The translations under genes and the position numbers were made by a program. From positions 149,048,001 through 149,112,000 of the forward strand of contig OZ024740.1 of the NCBI GenBank assembly GCA_964016885.1: 64,000 bases of DNA. The letters run 5' to 3'. The notes under the pieces are model-generated. The model was given only the letters and a program-made list of their open reading frames with translations, was not told where the DNA came from and did not search any database. Positions 24,449-37,715 of this stretch are shown one piece after another (position 1 is the stretch's first letter; every line of letters begins with the position of its first letter). Source of the DNA: Eledone cirrhosa (lineage: Eukaryota).

Positions 24449-25961
24449 CATGGACGATCTTAAGCTCTTCGAGAAGAGTGAGAAGGAGTTGGATGCGCTT
24501 GTTGACACTGTCTGTATTTTCAGCAGTGATATATGTATGCAGTTTGGTATTAGTAAGTGTGGAGTCATTGTGATGAGGAGGGGTAGGTTGAGCAGAAGTA
24601 ACGGAATCCAGATACCAACAGGTGAGATGATAAAGGAAATTGACTCTGAGGAAGGATACAAGTATTTGGGCGTTCTGGAGGCTGATGGCATAAAGAACAA
24701 AAAAATGAAGGAATTGTTAAGAACTGAATACATTCGGAGAGTAAGGGGCGTATTGAAGTCACATCTGAACAGCAGAAATGCCATAAGCGCAGTAAATTCC
24801 CGAGTTGTGTCTATTATTAGGTACAGTGCGGGAATTCTGAGATGGAATGTTGCTGAACAAAAAGAAATGTATAGGAAGACTAGGAAGCTATTGACTATCT
24901 ACAACATGTTCCACAAGAGGAGTGATGTCGATAGACTCTACCTAAGGAGATCTGAGGGTGGAAGAGGTCTTATCAGCATAGAGGACTGTGTTCAGATGGA
25001 GAAAAACAACCTACACAAATACGTGACTGATAGTAAGGAGCCAATGCTCAGAACTGTACTGAAGGAGGGGACAATAGGCCAGGGGATGTCCAAGGAGGAA
25101 ATAACATCAAGGAGAAAGAGCAGCCTTCAGGGAAAATCCCTTCATAGTACCTTCTTTGAGAAAACTGAATTTAGAGATCCACAGACATGGAACTGGTTGA
25201 GAAGAGGAGACCTCAAAAAGGCTACAGAAGGAATGTTAATGGCTGCGCAGGAGCAGGCCCTCAAAACGAAGTGGTTGAAGCACCATATTTACAAGGAGGA
25301 GGCTAGCCCACTGTGCAGGATCTGTGGATAGAGAGAGGAGACTGTGGCTCACATTGTATCCGAGTGTAAACACCTAGCCCAGACCCACTATAAGGGCTGG
25401 AGACATGATGTGATGGGCAGGGTGATCCACTGGCACCTGTGCAAAGTAAACAATTTACCACATTCTGAGAAATGGTATGAGCATAAGCCAGAGGCGGTGA
25501 TGGAGAACGATCAGGTGAAGGTGCTGTGGGATTTTAGGATACAGACGGACAAGAAACTGGAACACAATAGACCTGACCTGGTGGTTGTGGACAAAGAAAA
25601 AAGATCGTGTCTGATTGTGGATGTGGCCTGCCCATTCGACACGAGAGTGCAAGAGAAGGAGAGGGAGAAAATTAACCGATACCAGGACTTAAAGTGGGAG
25701 GTAAAAAGGATTTGGAACGGCCATGAAGTCAAAGTGATCCCGATTGTCATAGGTGCACTGGGGACTATCTCCAAAAGTTTCCAGGGATGGTTAAAGAAAA
25801 TCGGCCCCTTCACGCTTTTTGGAACGCTTCAAAAGGCATGCTTGCTGGGAACAGCAAGAACCCTCCGATACGTCCTGAATATCTGAGGCTGCAGGTAGTG
25901 GCTTGATATTCATTCCAACGGACTTTCCAGTTAACTAACATCAATGACTGAGATTCAAGGA
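24449..25961 (+). mobile_element. R4/Dong-like family A, 5'-truncated copy A3 (~1.5 kb)
   Basis: Starts at the RT MDDLKLF motif; premature TAG at 25329-25331; (AAT)n flanks. Confidence 0.95.
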
Positions 25962-25987
25962 ATAATAACAATAATAATAATACATTA

Positions 25988-27670
25988 TTGACATCAACTG
26001 GAGAATCCTTGTGAAGCGTGAAGATCAAGAGAGGTATCTTCCAGGGAGATAGCCTGTCCCCTCTGTTGTTTGTCCTTGCCCTGATGCCCCTGACCAGTGT
26101 ACTGCGAAATGTGAGAGCAGGATACAGGTTGGGAAAGGGAGGGCTTACCATCAGTCACCTCCTCTTCATGGACGATCTTAAGCTCTTCGGGAAGAGTGAG
26201 AAGGAGTTGGATGTGCTTGTTGACACTGTCCGTATTTTCAGCAATGATATATGTATGCAATTTGGTATTAGTAAGTGTGAATTCATTGTGATGAAGAGGG
26301 GTAAGTTGAGCAGAAGTAACGGAATCCAGGTACCAACAGGTAAGATGATAAAGGAAATTGACTCTGAAGAAGGATACAAGTATTTGGGCGTTCTGGAGGC
26401 AGATGGCATAAAGAACAAAAAAATGAAGGAATTGTTAAGAACTGAATACATTCGGAGAGAAAGGAGCGTATTGAAGTCACATCTGAACAGCAGAAATGCC
26501 ATAAGCGCAGTAAATTCCCGAGCTGTGTCTATTATTAGGTACAGTGCGGGAATTCTGAGATGGAATGTTGCTGAACAAAACGAAATGTATAGGAAGACTA
26601 GGAAGCTATTGACTATCTACAACATGTTCCACAAGAGGAGTGATGTCGATAGACTCTACCTAAGGAGATCTGAGGGTGGAAGAGGTCTTATCAGCATAGA
26701 GGACTGTGTTCAGATGGAGAAAAACAACCTACACAAATACGTGACTGATAGTAAGGAGCCAATGCTCAGAACTGTACTGAAGGAGGGGACAATAGACCAG
26801 GGGATGTCCAAGGAGGAAATAACATCAAGGAGAAAGAGCAGCCTTCAGGAAAAATCCCTTCATAGTACCTTCTTTGAGAAAACTGAATTTAGAGATCCAC
26901 AGACATGGAACTGGTTGAGAAGAGGAGACCTTAAAAAGGCTACAGAAGGAATGTTAATGGCTGCGCAGGAGCAGGCCCTCAAAACGAAGTGGTTGAAACA
27001 CCATATTTACAAGGAGGAGGCTAGCCCACTGTGCAGGATCTGTGGAGAGAGAGAGGAGACTGTGGCTTACATTGTATCCGAGTGTAAACACCTAGCCCAG
27101 ACCCACTATAAGGGCTGGAGACATGATGTGGGTGATCCACTGGCACCTGTGCAAAGTAAACAATTTACCACATTCTGAGAAATGGTATGAACATAAGCCA
27201 GAGGCGGTGATGGAGAACGATCAGGTGAAGGTGCTGTGGGATTTTAGGATACAGACGGACAAGAAACTGGAACACAATAGACCTGACCTGGTGGTTGTGG
27301 ACAAAGAAAAAAGATCGTGTCTGATTGTGGATGTGGCCTGCCCATTCGACACGAGAGTGCAAGAGAAGGAGAGGGAGAAAATTAACCGATACCAGGACTT
27401 AAAGTGGGAGGTAAAAAGGATTTGGAACTGCCATGAAGTCAAGGTGATCCCGATTGTCATAGGCGCACTGGGGACTATCTCCAAAAGTTTCCAGGGATGG
27501 TTAAAGAAAATCGGCCCTTCACGCTTTTTGGAACGCTTCAAAAGGCATGCTTGCTGGGAACAGCAAGAACCCTCCGATACGTCCTGAATATCTGAGGCTG
27601 CAGGTAGTGGCTTGATATTCATTCCAACGGACTTTCCAGTTAACTAACATCAATGACTGAGATTCAAGGA
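25988..27670 (+). mobile_element. R4/Dong-like family A, 5'-truncated copy A4 (~1.7 kb)
   Basis: RT motifs RGIFQGDSLSPLLF and FMDD; frameshifts near 27130 and 27517; (AAT)n flanks. Confidence 0.95.
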
Positions 27671-27682
27671 ATAATAATAATA

Positions 27683-27721
<39 letters not shown>

Positions 27722-27963
27722 TTTTCTTTATTAACCACAAGGGTTCACATAAAGTAGACATTAAGGACAGTACAGGACAATACAGGACGGTACAAATGGG
27801 CATTTCTGCGTGTAAAAAAACAGAGGTTGAAATAAAATAGCAAAGAAAAATTCCCCAATAGGGGGGAGACTTCCGAGGGACATTTGTGGAGAAAGCCCAT
27901 TAAAAGACCACAGTGGCCCTGACCACCAGGGCAAGTGCCCTCTCCCAGTTTTCCACCTTTAAT

Positions 27964-30900
27964 TTACAGACACATACTCAGAGAAGGCCCATTCATTCGG
28001 GCCATACTTGCTTCTCTCACCCTTCTTTCAACAAAATGCTGGGAAGGGAGCACTTCCCTCTCTACCCTGATTTTCCTTTTTAAATGAAATTTGAAAAAGT
28101 TAATCAGGGCTTCACCGAAGAGGTAAGTGCTCGTCTTCAGCCCTTTCAAACGTGTCCACCATACTATCTCTTTCGCCATGGCCACCAGACAGATAAAAAC
28201 TGCCTGCCCTTCCTGGCTAAAGGAAGGGGGCGGGGCAATCCTCACGATGGACTCAGCTGATAGCTGGATAGGTCCTGCACGTGACAGCAGGTGTTCGACA
28301 TAAACCCACAAGTCAGCAATGCTCGGACACTGGACGAGTGCGTGCAGGACGGTTTCGTCGCCCTGTGCGCATCTCGGACATGCCCGGCTGACGGCACCTC
28401 CATGCCTGTAGAGTTTATACCGAACTGGCAAAGCTCCTCGGTAGCACTGCCAGGCCAGGGATTTCTGGAAGTTGTCTATAGGCCCCGGCCCGAAAGTCCT
28501 TCCGAAGAGATTGGCTAGTTGATTTTCGTCGACGCCTAGAGTTTCTCCAAGTACGTCGTCGCTCTTCCCCTCCACTAATCCCCTATAGAACGCCAAGGTG
28601 GAGTTTCCACCGATCACATTGCCCGATTGGTCGAGGGCTGTGTGTGCCTGAAGACATTCCAGTCTCCAAGCGCTCCCTCTCGGTCTTCGCTTGACCCAGG
28701 ACTGCAGCTCCGTCAAGGAGACGAGCTGGGGAAAAACGCGTCTTGCAAACGGCGACCACACCTGATCACCGTCGAGGAAGAGGTGGAGATGTCGTAGCCT
28801 GAGCGCGTGTCTGCGCATCATCAGCCACGGCATGCCCAGCCCTCCACGTAGCGGGTGTTGACAGCAGATGGACCGCCTGACCATCGGAGCGCGTCCCTTC
28901 CACAAGAAGCGAAAGAGCAAACGCTCCAGCGCAGTCAGGCGAGGCTAAGGACAAGGTACGACGGTCAGGCGGTAGTAGATGACGGATGCGATGTACGCAT
29001 TCGCCACCTCCGCTCGACCTTTCAGGGATAGCTTCCTCTCGGCCCATTTCTGGGTGAGAGAAGCCACCCTGCTCGTCACCTCGTCCCAGTTTTTGTCCGT
29101 CTGGAGGTCTGGACCGAACCAGACCCCTAGCAATTTAACCGGTCCGTCCGTCCAGCGCCCGACGACGCTGTTGGACGGCATGGACCTGCCTCTCCAGGTG
29201 CCGAGCTGCAGGCCCACTGACTTTTCCTGGTTGATCATTGCTCCTGTCACCGCTTCGTATTCTCTTAGTGTAGTGCCGATCGCCTCGATGTGTTTGGCGT
29301 TCGACACCTCTACAGTGACATCGTCGGCATATGCTGACACGGATCTTCCGCATCCTAGTTCGCGCGGGACCCCCCTCAACGTCTCCAGTTTGTGCAGTAA
29401 TGGCTCGAGAGTCAATACGTACAATAGGGACGAGAGGGGACATCCTTGGCGGACCGAGCGCATGATGTTGAACGGTTCCGAAAGGTGACCGTTCACTCTC
29501 ACTACAGAGCAGATGTCGCTGTGCATGGCAGCGATCCAGCCTCTGAAGACGGGCCCAAAGCCAGCCGCCCTCAGGACTGCCGCTAGGTAACGATGGTCGA
29601 CCCTATCGAAGGCTTTCGACTGATCTAAATTGATCAAAGACCCACCCGTGCCAGGTTCCCTAGCTACCCTCTCTACTATGTATCGCATGAGGTGGAGGTT
29701 GTCGTGGATGGATCTGTCGGGAATGGCGCATGTCTGTGCCTCTCCCACCAAACCACCAACGACAAGCGCCAACCTCTTTGCTAGCACCTTGGCCAAAATC
29801 TTGAACTCTGTGTTTAGCAGAGTTGTGGGCCTAAGATTATCTATGTTATCCCCCTTGTTCGGATCCTTTCTCAGCAGCGCCACCGCTCCTCGGCTCACAG
29901 AGCTGGGAATTCTCCCGTTCTGTTGCCAGTTGCAGTAGACGTCCGCCAAGAGGCCTCCGAACAAGTTTGGCATTTGTACGTAAAGTTCATAGGGCAGACC
30001 ATCCAAACCAGGCGATTTACCCCTTGTGCAACTAGTCATTGCATCCCGTACTTCAGCGGTTGTTATCGGCTTTTCGCAACACTCCGCCTCAGTGGCCGAA
30101 AGCCGCGGCAGTCCGTCGAGGTAGACACTAAAGTCCATCCCTCGATCCGGCCCGCCACTGCCCCCGAACAGTTGAGCGAAGTGTCGCTGAAAAGCTTCAC
30201 ACATTTGCCCGGGATCGAGTAGCATGCGCCCGTCGTGGTCCACCTAAGACCGGATCGTGGCTTTGTTGCCACGACGCGCCTCCGCCACTCTGGCCCATTG
30301 AACGGATTTCGTCCCCTCGTGTCTGAGAGCACGCACCCTAGCTCTGACAACGCAGCCTTCGTGCTTTGCATTGAAGAATTGGTCAAGGGCCAATTTCGCC
30401 GCAAGTACGTCGGTCGCGATGCCTTTGCTAAGCGCCTCATCTAATTTTCTAACTAGTTCTCCCTCTGCTCTATTTTTCTCTATTGCTAAAGTCTTACTAA
30501 ACCTAATGGACTCTATTCTAATTGCTCTTTTCAGAGCAAACCACCACTTGTTTTTGACGATGGCCCCCGTCAACGCCCGCTTAACTAGTTCGCTAATCCG
30601 GTCTCTGTAGGCCTTGCGCGCTGGTAAGGATGCGTTTAGCTTCCAGTAGCCGGGTCCTCGTCTATGAAGCCTATCTAAGTCAAGCACACAGATCACGAAT
30701 TTGTGGTCCGTGTAGCTGACTATCTTGAATTGTGGACAGCCTATGCTAGACCTATCTATTTCCCTACAAAATACTCTATCTAGATATGATCTGGATGACC
30801 TTATGCGATTTGTCCAAGTCCACATTGGTACATTCGGGAAATCCATTCGGTACCTGTCAGACAGTTCAAAACGTCTGAGCAGGTTGGTGAGACTCTTGCA

Positions 30901-31383
30901 CCCTCCTTCTCTATCCACTAATCCCACACAATCCCAGCGTGCATCTAAGATCCCGTTCCAGTCGCCCACTAACACTAAAGAGCGGGACGTTCCAAGAAAG
31001 GTCTCCAGACGCCGGAAGAAATCAGGCCGCCCTGCTCCTGTCGGGGCATAGACGGCCACTAACCTGAAAGCTTGCCCGTCTCCGCTGGTCACGTCCAGCA
31101 CCACCAACTTACCTTCTGGGTCCAGGAAGATGGCCCGTATGGCAAGATCCAAACCTCTCCGAAAAAGCACAGCAACTCCTCCCCCCGATCCCGGACGGCT
31201 GGGAGATGCGTACACATCGTAGCCGCCGAAGATCGGTGCGAAAGCCTGTGCCTCGGAGATTCTGGTCTCGCTGATGGCCACTACATCTATGTTTAGTGAC
31301 CTGAGGTCGTTGAGCAGGTGGCCCTGCTTCCATGACGACCCCAAGCCACGTGCATTTATGCTGCCTATTCTGAGTGAGGTCAT
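27964..31383 (-). pseudogene. C1 ORF2 (APE endonuclease, reverse transcriptase, CCHC finger) with two in-frame TAG stops
   Basis: SINARGL, VYAP, GDWN, SYLDR, TDH (APE); KSPGLDG, LDQSKAFDRV, RQGCPLS, AYADD (RT); CPRC..ETVLH..QC. The three ORFs share one frame, broken by stops at 30244 and 28945. Confidence 0.92.
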
Positions 31384-31417
31384 GTTGAAAAGGAGTGGAA
31401 AAGATGGGAAAGACCAC

Positions 31418-33402
31418 TTACCTTACTTTTCGTAGGGGAAGGACGGCTTTTCCATCCTTTTCACTGCTTGTGGCCTCCTCAGGAAGGATGTCCTTATAAA
31501 TCCTCCTGGAGAGTGCTTGTCGGAAGTCTCCGATGTCTTTGGGGAATTTTTGTTTTAGTGTTACGTACGTTTTCTGTGTGATGCGAGTGATTTGTAAGTG
31601 TGGAGGTGGTGTGAATTTTGGGGTTGTTGTGTAGTCTTTTTCTGTGATGCTGGTGTTGTGTTGGATGTAGTGTAATAATTGCTTGTTGTTCAAATTTAAT
31701 GCTGTGTAGTGTGTATCGTTTTGGTTGTTTTGTTTTCTTTGCGTTTGTTGTGGGCTTGTTTCTGTTTCGCATTTTGGTGACTTTTGTGGTGTAGGTGATG
31801 GTGGTGTTGGAGTTAATGATGGTGATGGTGTTGGTGTTTGGGTTGATGGGGTTGGTGATGCTGGTGTGGATGGTGGCATATCTGTCCTAACTTTTTTGTT
31901 TCTTAGTTTATTTGTTTCCCTCTGTATTTTGTTTTTGGAGGGGGAAGGAAGAGAATTTTTTCTTTTTTGGTTTCTTTTTTTTTTCCCGGATATCGTTTCC
32001 CACTCCTCGTCGTCACAATCTGTCTCCAGTTGTGATAGGCCGGGGAGTGGAAAATCCTCCACAGCCGTTAGTTTTGGTTGTGGTGTGGTGGATGGTGTAG
32101 GCGCTGGTGCTAGTTCTGAAGCCTTGGGTGGTGGTGGTGTTGGTTTTGCTGGTGGTGGTAGTGGTGTTGGTTTTGCTACTGTTGCTGGGGTTGTTGCTGT
32201 TATAGTTGCTTCTGTTGTTGCTGCTACAGTTGTTGCTGCCATCTCTGCTACTGGTGGTGTTGATGGTTGTGTCACTGGGGTGGGTAGGAGAGGTGGCCTC
32301 AACCTTTTAGCCTGAGGGCAGAAAGCCCTTAGGTGGCTTCCTTCACCACAAACGACACACCTAGGTCTTCTGCCCTCGACAATTACCGTGGGGTGGCTGC
32401 CGTCAGTGAGGTCTATTACCTCTGGGATCTCCTCAATGCTTTTTGGGTCCGCTTGGATCAGGAGCTCCATCCCAGATCCGGACCAGTTTTCCTGCTTTTC
32501 TTTTGCTACTGCTATTATTTTCGTGTTGGCTTCGATGCCGGCGAGGACAGCCGCTATTAGCCAGGGAATTTCGATGGCCGGTGGAACGTGGGTCACCCTG
32601 ACCTTTACGAGTCTCTGGCCACAATAGCTTGGGACGAGTGTGAGGTCGTCACTTTTTAATGGGGCCATGGAGTGTTCTCTAGCCTCCTCTGGTGTTTCAA
32701 AGAACACATCCACGGTTCCATACTTTTGCCCACGTCTGATGTGGGTTTTTCTTGCCCACACATGTCCCAAAGCTTTTTGGATTTGGGACTCGGATGCCCG
32801 TTCCACTCGGCGCGATTTTACATTTATTGTTCTATACGACACGGTGCACAGGCGCCGATGCTCCATTTTATTAGGTGGGGGGTGAGGCTGACCCTGTACC
32901 CATCTTTCTTTACCATTTGTTTGGTATTTTCTAAATCTTCTTGAGTTACCGTGAACGCTTCGAATTGTTTTGCTACGATGGCGAAACTGAGGGTCGGTTT
33001 TATAATGTCATTGTTGTTGTTGTTGCTAGCGTTAATATTAATTTTATTTTCAGTTGTGGTGGTGGTGACGTCAGTCGTCTTTGGTGGGGAAGAGTCCATT
33101 TTGCTTGATTTCATTTCGACGTCACGAGTTACTTTATTTTTTTCTTCTTTTGTTTCTGTTGTCGCGGTGGTGGTGGTGGTGGTGGTTGTCGCGGTGGTGG
33201 TGGTGGTGGAGGGTTTAACACCTGCAGTCATTGGTAATGGCGGGAAATGAATGTCTGCCTGAGACAAATTTAAAATATTGCTACTGCTTATATTTTTTTT
33301 TGTGTTGGCAAACGTAGTAACATTTACAATGGTGGTGTCGGTGTGAGGTGTTATTTTGTGAGGAAGGCTTTCAGCTGCTTCGTGCAGAGGGGAATTAGCC
33401 AT
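31418..33402 (-). pseudogene. C1 ORF1 (gag-like, CCHC zinc knuckle), split into two frames
   Basis: CVVCGEGSHLRAFC knuckle, Pro/Thr-rich linker, basic KKKRNQKRK; frame break near 32830-32990. Confidence 0.8.
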
Positions 33403-33656
33403 TTTTTTTCAAAGAAATTTTTGGATAATAATAAAAGTTAAAATTTTGGGCACAAGGCCCCAATCTTTTTGGGTGTCCTTTTCGGAAAACAATGTATGTG
33501 TGCTTATAAACAGTTAACAATAAAATTTTCCATAAATGGCAATTTTTAACAAACGGAAATAACAAACCTTTGCGGAGCTCACGATGATAAGATTTACTAC
33601 GTAGGTCGCCAATAATAATAATAATAATATAATAATAATAATAAGAAGAAGAAGAA

Positions 33657-36600
33657 GTGTTAATATAGAAGTGGTAACACGAAATGATTACCCCTTGGCG
33701 GATAAGGATAAAACGCGACAAAATAAAGTAGATGTCTAATGATGAAATCTCATACCGGATCGGCCGTCACCCGGGTAAAAAAGGGCCGCGTCCCTCAGAG
33801 AGGAACCAGACTGGGGTCGAAAAATCAGCTAATGGTTCAAACCTTCCCATCACTTCGGAGCTGGAGACCTCCCATAACCGGAATACTCCTATTGTTGGCC
33901 CTCCATGCTCACCACCAAGAAATCCAAAGAAAAAGAGAGAAAAATGGTCAAGGGAAGATAATAAAGAAGTCCTTGAGGCTTTCTACACTGCCATGTACTA
34001 CCCATCAAATACATCGAATACAGAACAAACATATATCAACTGGAAAAAGAAACATCCCGAAAACAGAGGCTATATTGACAGTAACAAACTAGCCAATATA
34101 CGAAGAAATATTGTAAGAAAAAAGTTACTAACTGATATAGAAATTGATCAGATCAAGCTAGTAGCACAAAGTCAGCGAAGGGAAAATGAAGCATGTGTCA
34201 GTGAAAACGAGGTAAACTGTAACACCTCGAATCCCAGGATTGGGGCGGAATCACTGGCAACAGAACAAATTAAAGAAAGGAGCGAAAAAGTGGAGGGAGT
34301 GCATGCTCAGGATGAAACTCCAAATGAAAATAATGAGATCGTAAATGATAAAGAAATGAATGAGAATGAACTTGCCAACTTGAAGGATGAAATTATGATC
34401 GAATGGATGAAAATGAAAGAATCTGACATGGGGCAACGAGACACCCTCCCTAAGATCCAGAACTCCAAACAGAACCAAAAGATAATACACAAGACTAACA
34501 TAATTCTCAAAAACATTATCATCACAAACAAACTAAACATTACTGACTTAAATCATCTCTATTATGCATCGGCTAAAGTCACCACTCACTTATGTGGAGT
34601 GAAGATGAAAAAACAAAGGAATTCCCACAAGAAATCTACTTGACAAGATAACATCAATCGCCAAATAAACCTCTCCGATCTGACATAGAAATTTTAACAA
34701 ACTATAAAGTAGGTGAATATGTTAAACAAACTAAACTTAGAAAATTGAAAAGAAAGTACAGTATAAGATCAACATGTGACATAGACATGCTGATAGAAAC
34801 AATCAAGCAAAAAGTGTCGGCCAAAGCTGCTCGTATAAGGCGCTTTGAAAAACGATCTAGATTCTATAAGGACAATAATATGTTCAAAAACAACCAAAGA
34901 AACTTCTACAGAAAAATTGGTAAGTCAACAATAACTGCTAAATCAATACCACCCAAGGAGGAAGTGCAAGAATTCTGGGAAAAGATCTGGGCCGAAGAAA
35001 AAGTTCATAACATACATGCCCCATGGATAGACAGACAAATGAAAGAAACAGCTCACCTTGAAGAACAAACATGGGAAAATATAACAGTTGAACAGCTGCG
35101 CTTGGCTCTAAGAAAAACCAGCAAATGGAAATCCCCAGGAAAAGACAAAATACAAAACTTTTGGATAAATGCCTTCACAGAGTCTCATGAGCTGTTAGCC
35201 CAACTTTACAATGAAATAGTTAAGGAGCCAGAAAAGATACCATCATGGCTAGTTAACGGCATTACATTCCTGCTACCGAAGAATGATGAGACAAACAATC
35301 CCAAAAATTACAGACCGATAACCTGCTTGACCACAATGTATAAAATTTTAACATCAGTCCTAACTGAATACACATATGACCACCTGATAACAAATGACCT
35401 ATTTCCCATTGAGCAGAAAGGGTGTAAACGAGGCTCATATGGCTGTAAGGATCAGCTTCTGGTTAACAAAATGATACTGGAAGATTGTCATAATAGACAC
35501 AAAAATCTATCGATTGCTTGGATAGATTATAAAAAAGCATTTGATAGTTTGCCACACAGTTGGATTGAAATATGTTTAGAGATTTTCAAAATATCTCCCG
35601 TTGTCAGGAGGTTTTTGTCATTCAGTATGAGGACATGGAGAACGACACTCCTTTTGAATATTGAAACAAAATCACTGGAAGCTGGAGAAGTTAACACTAA
35701 TTGTGGAATTTTTCAGGGTGACTCTTTATCACCGCTTTTATTCTGCATCGCACTTATACCATTAAGTAAAATGCTCAATGAAACAAAACATGGATATAGA
35801 GTCTATGACAAAACCATTAATCACCTGTTCTACATGGATGACCTGAAACTATTTACAAAAAATGATGAACAATTGCAAGGGCTATTATCCACTGTGAAGC
35901 AGTTCAGTGATGACATTAAAATGGAGTTTGGACTGGATAAATGCGCCAAAGCAACGTTCACCAGAGGAAAGCTGCTGAAGAGTTCAGACATTAATCTTTA
36001 TCGGGGGAACGTGATAAGAGAGCTTGATCAAGAAAAAACTTACGAATATCTAGGTGTTTGTGAAGGAGACGGAATCAAGCACTCGACAATGAGGGAAAGG
36101 ATAAGGAAGGAATGTTATCGCAGAGTCAGAGCAATCTTAAGAACGGAATTGAATGCAAGGAATAGGATCGATGCCATAAACACGCTGGCCATACCAGTAG
36201 TAACCTACAGTTACAATGTCATCAACTGGTCAAGCACAGAGATCCGTAGGCTCGATACAAAAATCCGAAAATTCTTAACCATGCACAGAATGCATCACCC
36301 TAAGGCAGACATAGATAGAATATATCTCCCTAGGAAAGAAGGAGGACGTGGGTTAATCCAGTTAGACATTGCGTTGAAAACTGCAACAATTGGATTATCC
36401 ACATATCTAAGGGAATCACATGATTGGATGATCAAACTCGTTTTGAAACACGAAAGCACCAAAAGATCATATTCCATTACAAAAGATGCACAAAGATACA
36501 GTAATGGACTACAAATTTCAGAAGTCCCATTTACTGCTGAAATGGAAAACACAGAAAAAGCAAAGCAGGTAAAAGTAACTGCAAAGAAAGAACTGCTACA

Positions 36601-37518
36601 GAAACTGGCTAAGAAATGGCAAGAAAAGCCTCTGTGTGGAAAATACCCAGAGCGAGCTAACAATCCTGATGTTGACAAAACTTTAACCCATCAGTGGTTG
36701 GCATCCTCTGGACTGAAATCGGAGACTGAAGGACTGATTATATCCGCACAAGATCAGTGTCAGCCAACAAAAAATTACCAAGCCAACATAATAAAAATGG
36801 GTGCAGCCCATTATGCCGTGTATGCAAAAAACAACCAGAGACCATTGACCATATAATTTCAATGTGCAGTCCTATAGCTCCAACCGAATACCTAAACAGG
36901 CATGACAGAGCTGCACAATACATACATTGGATAATGTGTAAGCATTTTGACCTGCCCCATCAAAAGAATTGGTGGGAGCATCAACCACCTCCCATACTTG
37001 AAAAAGATCACATCTCAATCTTGTGGAACTTTAGCATCCAAACAGACCGAAAAATAGATGCAAATAGACCTGATATAATACTGAAGGACTTTAAAAAGAG
37101 GGTATGCCTGCTAATTGATATGTCTGTTCCAATAGACAAGAATGTATCTATAAAAACATTTGAAAAATTGAGCAAGTATAAGGACCTGGAGATAGAAATT
37201 GGAAAAATGTGGAAATTGAGAACTAAAACAATACCAGTGGTTGTAGGCGCTCTGGGAATGATACCTAAGGGGTCTAACGACTACTTATCGCAAATCCCAG
37301 GAAACCCGCGTATAGGAGTAATACAAAAGATAGTACTAATGTGAACTGCCCATATACTAAGGAAGATCCTGTCAATATAAGTACATCACAAGTCTAAACA
37401 CTAAGGATGCATGTGAGTATGTATGTTCTTTCTTGAACATGGCGGACCTTGTTGTCTCTTGAGGTCACTGGTTGTGACTTGGTGATAACTCGTATGAACA
37501 TAAAGCAAGATAAATGCA

Positions 37519-37519
<1 letters not shown>
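33657..37519 (+). mobile_element. R4/Dong-like family B, near full-length copy B1
   Basis: Fragmented ORF 33732-37380: N-terminal WSREDNKEVLEAFY, RT (WKSPGKD, NYRPITCL, WIDYKKAFDS, GIFQGDSLSP, YMDD), CCHC finger, RHD, RPD..D RLE; preceded by (AAT)n(AAG)n and followed by (AAT)n. Confidence 0.94.
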
Positions 37520-37551
<32 letters not shown>

Positions 37552-37553
<2 letters not shown>

Positions 37554-37672
37554 TTTCTTTATTAACCACAAGGGTTTACATAAAGTAGACATTAAGGACA
37601 GTGCGGGACAATAAGGACGGTACAAATGGGCATTTCTGCGGGTAAAAAACAAAAACAGAGGATGTAACAAAA
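37552..37672 (-). mobile_element. Tx1-like family C, 3' stub (C3)
   Basis: Homologous to 27721-27830 and 53988-54110; (AAT)n on both sides. Confidence 0.88.
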
Positions 37673-37682
37673 AATAACAATG

Positions 37683-37715
<33 letters not shown>

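Larger units (their letters stand above)
27721..33610 (-). mobile_element. full-length Tx1/L1-like non-LTR retrotransposon, copy C1
   Basis: 5' GGCGACC directly after (ATT)n; ORF1 with CCHC knuckle; ORF2 APE-RT-zinc finger; 3' end AATAAAGAAAAC(ATT)n. Confidence 0.93.

Noticed and set aside
22484-27670. Tandem segmental duplication or host gene family
   Set aside because: Common 3' ends with different 5' truncations, (AAT)n junctions and two SNP lineages indicate separate retrotransposition events.
28291-33250. Plus-strand ORFs overlapping C1 (and equivalents over C2 and antisense to the A/B copies)
   Set aside because: Shadow frames of retrotransposon coding sequence with no independent motifs.
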